A stretch of DNA of 64,000 nt from an uncultured delta proteobacterium (GTDB lineage: Bacteria > Myxococcota_A > Polyangia > Polyangiales > Polyangiaceae): contig CAWDXG010000004.1 in assembly GCA_963806225.1 (NCBI GenBank), positions 1,344,001 to 1,408,000 of the forward strand, read 5' to 3'. Below are positions 51,098 to 63,756 of the stretch, piece by piece; within the stretch, counting starts at the first letter, position 1, and every line of letters starts with the position of its first letter. Below the pieces are notes generated by a model. It was not told the origin of the DNA and did not search any database. It saw nothing but the letters and a program-made list of their open reading frames with translations. Made by a program: the position numbers and the translations under genes.

Positions 51098-52225
51098 ATG
51101 CCGGACATCGACAGCCAGCTGATGTCCCGCGCGCTCAAGCTTGCGGGAAGTGGGGATCCTTCCCCCAACCCGCACGTGGGTGCGCTCATCGCCGACGGCG
51201 AGGACATCGTCGCCGAAGCCTTCCACGAGGCCGCCGGGCTCGACCACGCGGAAATCGTCGCGTTGCGCGCGGCCGGGGATTCCGCAAAGGGCAAGACGCT
51301 GTATGTGACGCTGGAGCCGTGCAATCACGAAGGGCGCACTCCGCCCTGCGTGGACGCGATCCTCGCCGCCGGTATCTCGCGTGTCGTGATCGGTTGCCGC
51401 GATCCCAACCCCAGCGTGCCGGGCGGAGGCGTAGAACGCCTGCGCGAGGCAGGCGTGGAAGTCAGCGTGGGCGTGCTGGAGAAGGAAGCACGCGCGCTCA
51501 TCAAACCGTGGGGCAAATACATCACGACCGGTGCGGCTTTCCTGGCCCTGAAGGCCGCGGTGTCGCTCGACGGTCGCATCGCCACCCGCACTGGCGCTTC
51601 GCGCTGGATCTCGTGCCCCGAAGCGCGAGCCCGCGTACACACCCTGCGCTCGGCCCATGACGCGGTGATGGTCGGTATCAATACGGTGATAGCCGACGAT
51701 CCGCGCCTCACGGTGCGCGACGTTCCAGGTCGCAGTCCAGTGCGGGTCGTGATCGACAGCAAGCTCAGGATCCCGACCAACAGCCAGCTCGTGACGACCG
51801 CTCGCGAGACGCCGACCTGCGTCATCACCACGCTGGACGCCTCCCGCGCGGTCGCCGAGGCGCTTGAAGAAAGCGGCGTCGCAGTGATCCGCGTGCCGGC
51901 GACCACCGAGGGTCGCTGCGACATGCTCGCGGCGCTGAAGGAGCTGGCAGCGCGCGAAGTGGTGAGCGTGCTCTGCGAGGGCGGAGCGGAGCTGGCCGGC
52001 AGCCTGCTCGCACAGCAGCTTCCCGACGAGATGCACGTCTTCGTTGCCCCCATGCTGCTCGGTCCGCGAGGTCGCCCGGGGGCCGTCGACTGGGCGGGCC
52101 CGGAAAACCCCGCCGACGCGCCGCGCATCGAATCTCCGCGCTGGGAGCTGTGCGGCACGGACGCCTACGTGTCCGGGCCCATGCTCTACCCGAAGAAGAG
52201 CGCCGGCCGCACCAATCCCGGTTGA
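51098..52225 (+). CDS. ribD: riboflavin biosynthesis deaminase/reductase
   Basis: [32 protein letters not shown]. Confidence 0.96.
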   Translation: MPDIDSQLMSRALKLAGSGDPSPNPHVGALIADGEDIVAEAFHEAAGLDHAEIVALRAAGDSAKGKTLYVTLEPCNHEGRTPPCVDAILAAGISRVVIGCRDPNPSVPGGGVERLREAGVEVSVGVLEKEARALIKPWGKYITTGAAFLALKAAVSLDGRIATRTGASRWISCPEARARVHTLRSAHDAVMVGINTVIADDPRLTVRDVPGRSPVRVVIDSKLRIPTNSQLVTTARETPTCVITTLDASRAVAEALEESGVAVIRVPATTEGRCDMLAALKELAAREVVSVLCEGGAELAGSLLAQQLPDEMHVFVAPMLLGPRGRPGAVDWAGPENPADAPRIESPRWELCGTDAYVSGPMLYPKKSAGRTNPG

Positions 52226-52286
52226 GCCCGCGCCGCGCGCGCCGTTGCGACCGGGCAGGGCCAATGTTACGTTCCTGACGGGCTTC

Positions 52287-52787
52287 ATGGCGATTCGAGA
52301 GATCCTGAGGTATCCGGACGAGCGTCTACGCGAGGTCGCGCAGCCGGTGGACGAGGTCACCGACGAGATCCGGCAGCTCGTCGAGGACATGGCCGAGACC
52401 ATGTACGACGCGCCCGGCGTCGGGCTCGCCGCCACGCAGATCGGTGTCAACAAGCGCATCTTCGTCATCGATGTAGCCAGCGACGACGAGCCGAGCGACC
52501 TCAGGGTGTTCATCAATCCGGAAATCCTCGAGCTCGACGGCTCGCAGAGCTGGAGCGAAGGCTGCCTGTCGTTCCCCGGCGTGAGCGAGGAAATCAAACG
52601 CGCCGAACGGGTCAAGGTGCGTGCAGTCGGCGCGGACGGCAAGCCGTTCGAGCTGGAAACCGACGGCCTGCTCGCCGTGGCGATCCAGCACGAGAACGAT
52701 CACCTCGACGGCGTGCTGATGATCGACAAGCTCAGCGCCATCAAGAAGCGCATGATGGGCCGCAAGCTCGCCAAGGCGACGGCCTAG
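52287..52787 (+). CDS. def: peptide deformylase
   Basis: [22 protein letters not shown]. Confidence 0.97.
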   Translation: MAIREILRYPDERLREVAQPVDEVTDEIRQLVEDMAETMYDAPGVGLAATQIGVNKRIFVIDVASDDEPSDLRVFINPEILELDGSQSWSEGCLSFPGVSEEIKRAERVKVRAVGADGKPFELETDGLLAVAIQHENDHLDGVLMIDKLSAIKKRMMGRKLAKATA

Positions 52788-52839
52788 TATCCCGCCCGGC
52801 CACCCCCACCGGAATCCTCCCGGAGGGCTTCGCCCCCCG
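52784..52839 (+). repeat. 56-bp dispersed intergenic repeat, copy 1
   Basis: 53/56 identical to 57561-57616 by manual alignment. Confidence 0.85.
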
Positions 52840-54690
52840 TCAGCGTGACGGCGGGCGCGTGAAGAGCGACGTTTCCAGCGGGACGCCGCGGGCGTTCAGC
52901 TCCTCGACGATGCGGGGCACGACGCCGCTCGGGTTGAATGTGCCTTCCACGGCGCCTCCGGCGGCGGTCCGCTCCACCACGAAGGTGAAGATATCCTGCA
53001 GCTTGATCTCGTCGCCCTCGACGCCCTGCAGCTCGACCACCCTCAGGACGCGATGCCGGCCGTCGCGCAGCCGACTCACCTCGATCGCGATATCGAACGA
53101 GGACGCGACCCATTCGCGGGCGGCCGCGATGCTCATTCCCTGCCGCGCTACCGCGAGGTCGCCGGGCAGCCGGGCCATCGCGCGCCTCAGGCTCGGGGCG
53201 CGCAGCGCCGCGACCACGCCATCGGCGCCCTCGCCGATGGTTTCGACGACAGCGCCCGTGACATCGCTGTCCCTGAGCTCGATGACCAGGCGCGAATCGG
53301 GCATGCGCGCCGCGAGCTGTACGAGGTTGCGTGATTCCGCGCCGGAGTCGCCGAGGCTGAAGCGGGTCGCGGCCGGGTCATGGGCAACCACGTCGTCGAG
53401 CTCCTGGACCGAGACTATCGGCCCCTCGCCGGCCGCGGACAGCGCGCTCAACACCGACGACGTTCCCGCGTCGCGGGGGCCCACCACGAGGATGTTGCTG
53501 CGGGCGGCGACGCAGTGCGACAGGAAGGTCGCCATGGCACGCGAGATGGTACCGCTCCGTACGAGGTCGTCGATCGACAGGGCGACGCGCCGCGGTTTCT
53601 GCACCAGAAGCACCGTGCCGCTGACAGCCGCCGGCCCCATCACTGCGCTCGCCTTCGCGCCATTCGGCAGCCGGCACTCGACGGCGCGCTTGTCGGCCGC
53701 GAGCGGCTCGCCCGCCCGGCGACACAGACGCGCCACCACGCGACGGAGCGAAGCCTCGGACGAGAACGTCGGGTGGACCCTGCCCGATCGACCGTTCCTC
53801 ACGACCGTCACGCGGTCGAAGCGAGCCACGTTGATAGCCGACACTCCAACTTCATCCAGCAACGGGCCGAGCGGTCCCAGCTCGAGCAGCTCCAGGCGCG
53901 CATCGCGGGCCAGCGACTCGCGTGCGGCGTCGCGCGGGATCTCGCCTTCCTTGTCCAGCGCCGCGAGCTGCTCGGGGATCGCGCGCTCCACGCGCGCCGT
54001 CAGCGCATCGTCGATATCGCCATCGAGCGCTGCGGACGGCAGCTGTTCGATCACGCGCTCGACCAGAGTCGCGAGGGCCGTACCGTAGACTCCCGCGTCC
54101 TCGGGGATGTCCACGTCCGGCGTGGAGACGCTCGGCACTTCGATAGCGGGCTGCGAGGCGTCCGGTATCGACGCCAGCGATCCCGGTCGCGAGTCGGTTC
54201 CGGGCGGGGGCTCCACGGTCGCGCTCGGCAGGCGTGCTGCGCCGGGCACGCGCGGTGGTCCCGGTACCTGTGGATAGCTGCCGCCGCTCTCGTCGGCCTC
54301 GAGCGGTTGCGCCGAAACGAACTTCTCCTGCGATTCCCGCGATGCCAGCACGGGACCGCTGCCCGTGGCCTCTGCGGGCGACGCCGCGTCGCCCAGCTCC
54401 TCGGGCACCTCGATGCGCAGCACGAAATCGCCAACGTAGATGCGGTCGCCTTCGCGCACGATCGTCGCCTGCGAGATGCGGCGACGGTTCACGTAGGTTC
54501 CGTTGGTACTGTTGAGATCCGTGACGATGAACCGCCCATCACGGAACAGCAGACGAGCGTGACGTTTCGACACGTTGCCCTTGGGCAGCATCAGATCATT
54601 GCCCTGGACGCGACCCACGCTGATCTCGGATCGGTCGAAGACCTCGCGCCGCTCGGCCCCCCCTTTCTCGCTGATAACAATAGCGAACAC
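52840..54690 (-). CDS. FHA + CpaF/TadA-like ATPase with degenerate Walker motifs
   Basis: VGR...VSKRH...DLNSTNGT FHA; LGPLGPLLD, NILVVG, RLRDGRHRV and LQDIF are CpaF-like; GTG start at 54690 assumed. Confidence 0.85.
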   Translation of the reverse strand: MFAIVISEKGGAERREVFDRSEISVGRVQGNDLMLPKGNVSKRHARLLFRDGRFIVTDLNSTNGTYVNRRRISQATIVREGDRIYVGDFVLRIEVPEELGDAASPAEATGSGPVLASRESQEKFVSAQPLEADESGGSYPQVPGPPRVPGAARLPSATVEPPPGTDSRPGSLASIPDASQPAIEVPSVSTPDVDIPEDAGVYGTALATLVERVIEQLPSAALDGDIDDALTARVERAIPEQLAALDKEGEIPRDAARESLARDARLELLELGPLGPLLDEVGVSAINVARFDRVTVVRNGRSGRVHPTFSSEASLRRVVARLCRRAGEPLAADKRAVECRLPNGAKASAVMGPAAVSGTVLLVQKPRRVALSIDDLVRSGTISRAMATFLSHCVAARSNILVVGPRDAGTSSVLSALSAAGEGPIVSVQELDDVVAHDPAATRFSLGDSGAESRNLVQLAARMPDSRLVIELRDSDVTGAVVETIGEGADGVVAALRAPSLRRAMARLPGDLAVARQGMSIAAAREWVASSFDIAIEVSRLRDGRHRVLRVVELQGVEGDEIKLQDIFTFVVERTAAGGAVEGTFNPSGVVPRIVEELNARGVPLETSLFTRPPSR

Positions 54691-54897
54691 GGGTCCTTTC
54701 GCCTGGGACGGGGAGGATATCACAGCAAACCCACCCATACTTTCGATGGGACCCGGCCGCTGTCAATGCGACTTGTCGCACGGAAGCACCCCGGGATGAC
54801 CGGAGCGGGCACAAAACGCCAGCGACCGGCCACAAGGCCGGTCGCTGCTACCGCGCGTGCCGCCGCGCCCCGCCGGAGCGCAGCCCATTCAGCTGGG

Positions 54898-55080
54898 CTA
54901 ACGGGGCCCCTGCCCCTTGACCTCGCTGGTCACGAGCCCGAGCAGCTCGCCAGCCAGGGCGAGCACGTCGTTCTCGCTGAAGCCGCTGCCCCTGAGCTCC
55001 CTGTAGATGCTCTTGGCCAGGATGCGCACGGCGCGCGGGTCGTTCGGGTTCGGTGTCGTCTCGGAAGTCAGCGCCATCAT
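54898..55080 (-). CDS. small helical hypothetical protein
   Basis: ILAKSIYRELRGSGFSENDVLALAGELLGLVT amphipathic helices; typical codon usage. Confidence 0.65.
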   Translation of the reverse strand: MMALTSETTPNPNDPRAVRILAKSIYRELRGSGFSENDVLALAGELLGLVTSEVKGQGPR

Positions 55081-55112
55081 CTCACCAGGTGTTCGGTTGT
55101 CGCGGGGCTGTA

Positions 55113-55128
55113 TCCAAGAACAGTGCCG
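55113..55128 (-). promoter_or_regulatory. possible sigma54-type promoter (non-canonical -12)
   Basis: Minus strand CGGCACTGTTCTTGGA; GG-N10-GG instead of GG-N10-GC. Confidence 0.35.
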
Positions 55129-55313
55129 ACGCCGATCCTGTTTCGTGATGGTGCCCTTTTCCCACGCTTCGCCTGGATGAGGGGCGCACACACGCGAACC
55201 CCGCTTCGCAGTATGCCGCGAAGTGCGTGCCACAGGCGCACACATGTACGCGCACCGCGAGACCTGAAGGAAACGCTACTGGTTCAACAAGTCACTGGTT
55301 GAACCGGTGCGGT

Positions 55314-55682
55314 TCAAGCGAGGCTCTGGCGCAGCTCGAGCGTCGCGGAACCACGGGGGTAGCTCACGACGATCTTCTTCTCCGGCCGCTTGATCTCGCA
55401 GAGCAGGCTTGTGACCAGCTCGCGCCCACCGGAACCAAAGAACAGGGCATCCCCCACTCCCGGCTCCTCCAGGCACGGAATTGCGGTGCCGTTCTTGTGG
55501 AACCGCACGCCACCGCTGAGGCGACGGTTCAACGCCAGATGCGAGGAAAGCCAGGTGCCCGAGTTCCGATCCCGCACCGCGACACAGACCTGGTCGCGGA
55601 AGTGATACTCCGTGTTGCGGGTGACGTACATCTGGTGACGGCGGCGTTCCGGACCGCCATATCCGCTTCGAGTCGGCTGCAT
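55314..55682 (-). CDS. hypothetical protein
   Basis: YGGPERR...YVTRNTEYHF...CVAVRDR; 122 aa. Confidence 0.7.
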   Translation of the reverse strand: MQPTRSGYGGPERRRHQMYVTRNTEYHFRDQVCVAVRDRNSGTWLSSHLALNRRLSGGVRFHKNGTAIPCLEEPGVGDALFFGSGGRELVTSLLCEIKRPEKKIVVSYPRGSATLELRQSLA

Positions 55683-55866
55683 GGGTGCTCGTGTCCTCCG
55701 GGTCTATAGCGGACGCCGCTCGGCGGGCACGAGGCCGTGCCCGGGAGCTTGTCATCGCACGTGAAATCGTCGCAGGCAGCTCGAGCTGCGGCCAAGTTCC
55801 GCGGCGTGCGCTTATCAAAGCGCCGACAACTTCGGGTTGTGCGGAGCCACAGCCTACGATCGCGTC

Positions 55867-56361
55867 GTGCGACGCAGCCGACATCCCGGGCTCGCCAAGA
55901 CGCGCGGGCTTCCGCTGGTCCGCCAGCGTCGGCTCGACCTATGGCAGAGCGCCGACTACCGATGGCGCGAGCTGTTCGAAGCGGCGGACGTGATGAGCGA
56001 AGGCGCGACGCGCGAGGAACCCGGCGGCCGGATCTACTACGGTTCCACTAGCGTGCTTCTGCCGGTGGTGTCGCGAGGTGGGCTCGTGCCCGACGAGGAG
56101 CTCGCGCAGGTCTCGCGGCTACTCGCCGCCGATCCGCACGCGCGCGTGCGCGCTGTCCGCATCGCCTGCCTGGAAGCGGAGCTTCGCTCCGGCGGACCCA
56201 TGGGACGCGTACGTGCCGAGCTCGTGGTGCGACCGGATCCGCGCGGCGCGCGCATCGATGTCGAGGTGGAGGCACCGGTGTTCGAGCGCCCGCGCGGACG
56301 TCTGCGCCGCGCCGCCGCCGTGCGATTCCGCCGCGACAAGCGCGGCGGCGGTTCCTCCTAG
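55867..56361 (+). CDS. hypothetical protein
   Basis: Open frame with typical codon usage; start uncertain. Confidence 0.5.
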   Translation: MRRSRHPGLAKTRGLPLVRQRRLDLWQSADYRWRELFEAADVMSEGATREEPGGRIYYGSTSVLLPVVSRGGLVPDEELAQVSRLLAADPHARVRAVRIACLEAELRSGGPMGRVRAELVVRPDPRGARIDVEVEAPVFERPRGRLRRAAAVRFRRDKRGGGSS

Positions 56362-56565
56362 CTCGGGGCGCGAGCGATTGAGAGCACAGGGCGCGCACGT
56401 CAAGTGCCTTTTGGCCCCGCCGTGCGCAACCGAACGACAATCCGGACCGCGCGAAACGCGCGGCCTCGTCGCTGTTTCGGACTAAGGCTTGACACCGAAG
56501 GCGTCGCGGAAGAAACGACAGAGAGACCAGGGCTGGAACGAGACGGCGGGGCGCAGCAAGTAGAC

Positions 56566-57564
56566 ATGGCTCGCAAGAAACGACGCGACGAAAAGATCAT
56601 CCACGTCGTGTTCGGGCCGGGTGGCGGCCGGGTGCAGCAGCAGAAGAACACACCCGACACGAAGACCAAGCGCGAGCAGACGCCCTCGAACCGCGAGCCG
56701 CTCACCGACCTGTTCACCCGCAGCGAGATATCCCGTCTGCTCGGCTTGACGCCTGCGCGCTTGAGGACACTCGACCGCGCGGGCGTGGTGTCGCCCACCG
56801 GCCGTCGCCGCGGTCGTCGCGCCTACACCTTCAGCGACTTGATCGCGCTGAGGACCGCGCAGACTCTGCTCGACCGCAAGGTGCGGCTGCGCGACGTGAC
56901 GCGCGCCATCACCAAGCTGAAGAACTCGCTGCCGAAGGTGACGCGCCCACTGGTCGAGCTCAGGATCGTCTCCGACGGACAACGGGTCGTGGTGCGGACG
57001 CAAGATGGCGCCTTCGAGCCGCTCACCGGACAGATGCTTCTGGACCTGGAAGTGAAGTCGCTGCGCGACGACGTGGTGCGCGTGCTCAGGCCGTCTGCCG
57101 GGCGCGAGCGCGCGCGCACCGCCTACGAGCTGTACCTGCAGGCGAGCGAGCTGGACGAGGACCCGGCGACGATGGACCAGGCGGAGGACCTGTACGCGCG
57201 CGCCATCGAGGTCGATCCCTGGCTGGCCATCGCCTACACGAACCTCGGCAATATCCGTTTCCGGCGCCACGACCCGGAAGGGGCCGAGACCCTGTACAGA
57301 AAAGCCCTGGAAATGGACTCGCGGCAGCCGGAAGCCCAGTACAACCTGGGCTACGTGATGCTGGAACGAGGACGCGCGGACATGAGCATCCCGCTGTTCC
57401 TCGGCGCCATCGAGTCCGATCCGCGATTCGCCGACGCCTATTTCAACCTGGCGATGGCCTACGAGCAGGTCGGCGAGACACAGAAGGCCCGCCCCTTCTG
57501 GAAGAACTACATCTCGCTCGAGCCCGCCGGCACCTGGACCGAGATCGCCAAACGGCATCTCTAG
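56566..57564 (+). CDS. MerR-type HTH + TPR protein
   Basis: FTRSEISRLLGLTPARLRTLDRAGVVSP...RAYTFSDL; TPRs AYTNLG, AQYNLG, AYFNLA. Confidence 0.85.
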   Translation: MARKKRRDEKIIHVVFGPGGGRVQQQKNTPDTKTKREQTPSNREPLTDLFTRSEISRLLGLTPARLRTLDRAGVVSPTGRRRGRRAYTFSDLIALRTAQTLLDRKVRLRDVTRAITKLKNSLPKVTRPLVELRIVSDGQRVVVRTQDGAFEPLTGQMLLDLEVKSLRDDVVRVLRPSAGRERARTAYELYLQASELDEDPATMDQAEDLYARAIEVDPWLAIAYTNLGNIRFRRHDPEGAETLYRKALEMDSRQPEAQYNLGYVMLERGRADMSIPLFLGAIESDPRFADAYFNLAMAYEQVGETQKARPFWKNYISLEPAGTWTEIAKRHL

Positions 57565-57616
57565 TGTCCCGCCCGCCCACCCCCACCGGAATCCTCCCGG
57601 AGGGCTCCGCCCCCCG
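57561..57616 (+). repeat. 56-bp dispersed intergenic repeat, copy 2
   Basis: Matches 52784-52839; followed by additional hairpin-rich sequence. Confidence 0.85.
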
Positions 57617-57712
57617 AGCCCCCCTCACGCGATTCGCTTCGCTCATCGCGGGCTCGCTGTCGCTTCGCTGGAGTGCGCGCTGACGGGTCCCACACCCACT
57701 CTATAGGCGTCG

Positions 57713-58537
57713 CTACATGCGACGGTGTTTGAGGCTCGGGAGCGTGTTGCGCACGCGTTCGAGATAGGCGCGATCGAGATCGGCGACAATGACGCCGACG
57801 CCGTCGGAGCTCTCGGCGACGACGGTGCCCCACGGGTCGGCCACCAGCGAGTGGCCGTACGACGCGCGACCCTTCGGGTGCTTTCCCCACTGCGCCGCCG
57901 CTACCACCCACGCCTGCGACTCGATGGCGCGCGCGCGGAGCAGCGGATGCCAGTGATCCTTGCCCGTCTGCAGCGTGAACGCGGCGGGTACCAGCAGCAC
58001 CTCCGCGCCGCGCTCGACCAGCGCGCGGTACAGCTCGGGGAAGCGCAGGTCGTAGCAGATCGACAGTCCGAACCGGAAACCCTCCAGCTCCACCACGACC
58101 GGCTCGGCTCCAGCGAGCGTCGCGACCGACTCGAGCAGCTGGGTGCCGTCGGGCAGCTCGACGTCGAACAGATGGATCTTCTTGTAGCTTGCCGCGATCT
58201 CGCCGGACGGCGCGATCACCGCGCACGTGTTGTGCGGTCGCTTGGCGTCGCTGCTCGCTTCCGGAAAGCCCCCGGCCACGATCGTCACGCCCGTCTCGCG
58301 CGCAGCGCGCATCAGCATGCCCTGGATCGGCGCGGCGCTGTCGCCGAGCCGTTCGGCGAGCTCGCGCTTGCCCGTCTCGGGCCCCAGATACGCGAAGTTT
58401 TCCGGCAGCACCACCACGCGCGCCGACTCGGCCGCGGCCGCCTCGATGAGGCGTCGGCAGGTCGCCAGGTTCTGCTCCACGTCGTCCTGACAGCCGAGCT
58501 GCACGGCGGCAACACGCAGGCTTTCGCTGCTCTTCAT
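57713..58537 (-). CDS. carbon-nitrogen hydrolase (Nit1-like)
   Basis: LPEN, YKKIHLFDV, SICYDLRFPE, RARAIE, YGHS. Confidence 0.93.
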   Translation of the reverse strand: MKSSESLRVAAVQLGCQDDVEQNLATCRRLIEAAAAESARVVVLPENFAYLGPETGKRELAERLGDSAAPIQGMLMRAARETGVTIVAGGFPEASSDAKRPHNTCAVIAPSGEIAASYKKIHLFDVELPDGTQLLESVATLAGAEPVVVELEGFRFGLSICYDLRFPELYRALVERGAEVLLVPAAFTLQTGKDHWHPLLRARAIESQAWVVAAAQWGKHPKGRASYGHSLVADPWGTVVAESSDGVGVIVADLDRAYLERVRNTLPSLKHRRM

Positions 58538-58627
58538 GCCCAGAAGTGTAGATCACGCCCTCCGCACGCACCCGAAAGATGCTGGTTTCACCCCTGCCGG
58601 CTCGCTACCCTGCGGCGTGAAGAGGGC

Positions 58628-60049
58628 ATGACCGATTTCTCCACTGGAGCCATGCAGGAATTCGGCGGGCCTTCCGCGCCGCGCGCGCCGGGCGCCGGTC
58701 CCACTGCGGGCCTGGTGCTGCTCTACGCGGAGGAGTACGCGTCGCTGCCGGCCGTCTTCCTCCTGACCGAGCGCCGCTCGCTGATCGGCCGCGACGAGGG
58801 CGCCCTGTTCCAGCTGCCGGTCAAGGCCGTCTCGCGCTCGCACGCGGAGGTCGCCTGGGAACGCGGCCTGTGGATCATCCGCGACCTCGGCAGCCGCAAC
58901 GGCACGCTCGTCGACGGCCACCCCGTCCGCGAGTGCCCGCTCGAGCCGATGAGCGAAGTCCGCATCGGCGACGCCATCCTGAAGTTCGTCGAGCGGCACG
59001 CCGAGCTGATGGCCGACTACCGCATCGACGGAGTCGTGCTCGGCGATCGGGCGCGGAGCAGCTCGTCCGCGCTCGTGGGCGGCTACCAGATGGATCGCAT
59101 TGCCGGCGATCTCGAGCGCATCGCCCCCACCGAGCTCAGCGTGATGCTGCTGGGGGAAAGCGGCACGGGCAAGGAGGTCGTCGCCGGCGAGCTGCACCGA
59201 CTGAGCGAGCGGCGCGGTCGCTTTGCCGCCGTCAATTGCGCTGCGATCCCCGGCAATCTGCTCGAGAGCGAGCTGTTCGGCTACAAGCGCGGCGCGTTCT
59301 CCGGCGCCGATCGCGACAAGCCCGGTCTCATCCAGAGCGCGGACGGCGGCACGCTGCTGCTCGACGAGATCGGTGACATGCCGCTCGAAGCGCAGGCCAA
59401 GCTCCTGCGCGTGCTGCAGTCGAAGGAAGTGTTCCCGCTGGGCGCCACCACGCCCGAGCGCGTCGACGTGCGCATCGTGTGCGCGACGCACCGCGACCTC
59501 GGCCGGCTGCAACAGGCGGGGAAGTTCCGCGAGGATCTGTTCGCGCGTCTGAACGAATACCAGCTGCGCCTGCCGCCGCTCCGCGAGCGCAAGGAGGACA
59601 TCTTCATGCTGGTGCGCGCGTTTTTCGAGCGTCACAGCGGCGCGGCGCTCTCCGTCTCCTTCCCGTTCATGACCGCGCTCATCAACTACGACTGGCCGTA
59701 CAACGTGCGCGAGCTCGAGGCGTGCATCAAACGCTCCATCGCGCTCTCGGACGGCGCGCTCATCGACGTGGATCAGCTGCCCGACCCTGTGCGCGACGCG
59801 ATGAGCGACTACGGCGATCCGCTGGCGCCGGGAGCGCGTCCGAGCGGCGCGCCGCCGCCAGCCAGCGCGCCGCCCGCCACCGGCAGCGTCCTGCCGCGCA
59901 GCGTCATGCCGACCGAAGCGGAGCTCTGCGCCCTGCTGGCGCGCCACCACGGCAACGTCGCCGCTGTCGGCCGCGAGCTCGGCAAGGCCCGCATGCAGAT
60001 CCACCGCTGGATGAAGCGCTTCGGGATCGAGGTCGACGACTACCGGTAG
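58628..60049 (+). CDS. FHA-domain sigma54 enhancer-binding protein
   Basis: IGR...VSRSH...[37 protein letters not shown]-terminal HTH. Confidence 0.93.
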   Translation: MTDFSTGAMQEFGGPSAPRAPGAGPTAGLVLLYAEEYASLPAVFLLTERRSLIGRDEGALFQLPVKAVSRSHAEVAWERGLWIIRDLGSRNGTLVDGHPVRECPLEPMSEVRIGDAILKFVERHAELMADYRIDGVVLGDRARSSSSALVGGYQMDRIAGDLERIAPTELSVMLLGESGTGKEVVAGELHRLSERRGRFAAVNCAAIPGNLLESELFGYKRGAFSGADRDKPGLIQSADGGTLLLDEIGDMPLEAQAKLLRVLQSKEVFPLGATTPERVDVRIVCATHRDLGRLQQAGKFREDLFARLNEYQLRLPPLRERKEDIFMLVRAFFERHSGAALSVSFPFMTALINYDWPYNVRELEACIKRSIALSDGALIDVDQLPDPVRDAMSDYGDPLAPGARPSGAPPPASAPPATGSVLPRSVMPTEAELCALLARHHGNVAAVGRELGKARMQIHRWMKRFGIEVDDYR

Positions 60050-60282
60050 GCGCCACGCGGCCCGCGGGCCAGGGCGCCTTTGTGCGGAAATTTCCGGAGC
60101 GGCTTGAGGTAACTGTCGCTCTGGGCTACGCAGGCCCGCGTTTTCACGTTACTTCCCAGTCGCTTGCCGCGCCGCGGAGCAGGGGTCGGCTTTCCCTCTT
60201 CCCCCGGGCTCCGGCAGGCGCTAGCCCGGTCCCATCGCCCGCCAGCACGGGCTCCTTCCTGAACGCTCGGCCTGCTCCCTCG

Positions 60283-62974
<2,692 letters not shown>

Positions 62975-62996
62975 CCGCCGCGGGGGCGCGCCGCAT

Positions 62997-63032
62997 GTAG
63001 CAAAATGCCACGCATTTGTGACATTTTGCTAC
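62997..63032 (+). terminator. AT-rich hairpin after bamA
   Basis: GTAGCAAAATG...CATTTTGCTAC perfect 11-bp arms, followed by GTTT. Confidence 0.55.
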
Positions 63033-63147
63033 GTTTCCGGAGGTCCTGGCAGCCCCTGCCCTCCGCAGCGACGATCCTGCACGGATCCCCTGCACAACCT
63101 GGAAGCGCGAGGCGCGCCGGCACCCGCGTTGTACGCTTCAAGCAGCG

Positions 63148-63717
63148 ATGAGCAGCGGACGGGACAACGAGCGCGGCCAGCCCACGCCGGCGACGGCGCG
63201 CGACGGCACGCGCGTCGAAGGTGCGCCGGACGCCGTGCGCGTGCCGCGGCGCGATACCGATCCGGTCAGCGGCCCCCCCGACGAGTCCGGGGTCTCCGCG
63301 CGCGGCGTCGTGCTGCGCGAGGCCACGGCGCCCGGCAACGAAGCACCGCATAGCGCCGCCCCCACGCCCAGGAACGTGGAGACCCAGGAACGCAGCGCGC
63401 CGACCGTGCGGCGCGCGGACCGGATCTCGCGCGGTGTGCGCCCCGAAAAGCCCCCGCCCGCGCCGGCCGAGCGCGCCGACGAGGCCAGCGAGACCACGCT
63501 CCTGTCCGCGCCCGCTCCGGCCGATCACTTCGAGGTCGACGTGGAGCGCCGGCTCGAGGAAAGCGAGCGGCGCCTCGACCAGCTCGAAGCCGATCTCGCC
63601 CACTTCGCCGAGCCACGACCGCCGGCCGAGCGCCGCCTGGCAGAAAACCCGCTGTTCTGGATCGTATTCCTGCTCGCGGTCGCCGTGGCCTGGCTGCTGT
63701 TCCACGCCGCACACTGA
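63148..63717 (+). CDS. hypothetical protein: disordered N-terminus, short coiled coil, C-terminal TM helix
   Basis: VERRLEESERRLDQLE; FWIVFLLAVAVAWLLF. Confidence 0.6.
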   Translation: MSSGRDNERGQPTPATARDGTRVEGAPDAVRVPRRDTDPVSGPPDESGVSARGVVLREATAPGNEAPHSAAPTPRNVETQERSAPTVRRADRISRGVRPEKPPPAPAERADEASETTLLSAPAPADHFEVDVERRLEESERRLDQLEADLAHFAEPRPPAERRLAENPLFWIVFLLAVAVAWLLFHAAH

Positions 63718-63756
63718 CTCGTGCCGCGGCGGGCGCCGCGCTAGCGTTGGCGTGCC

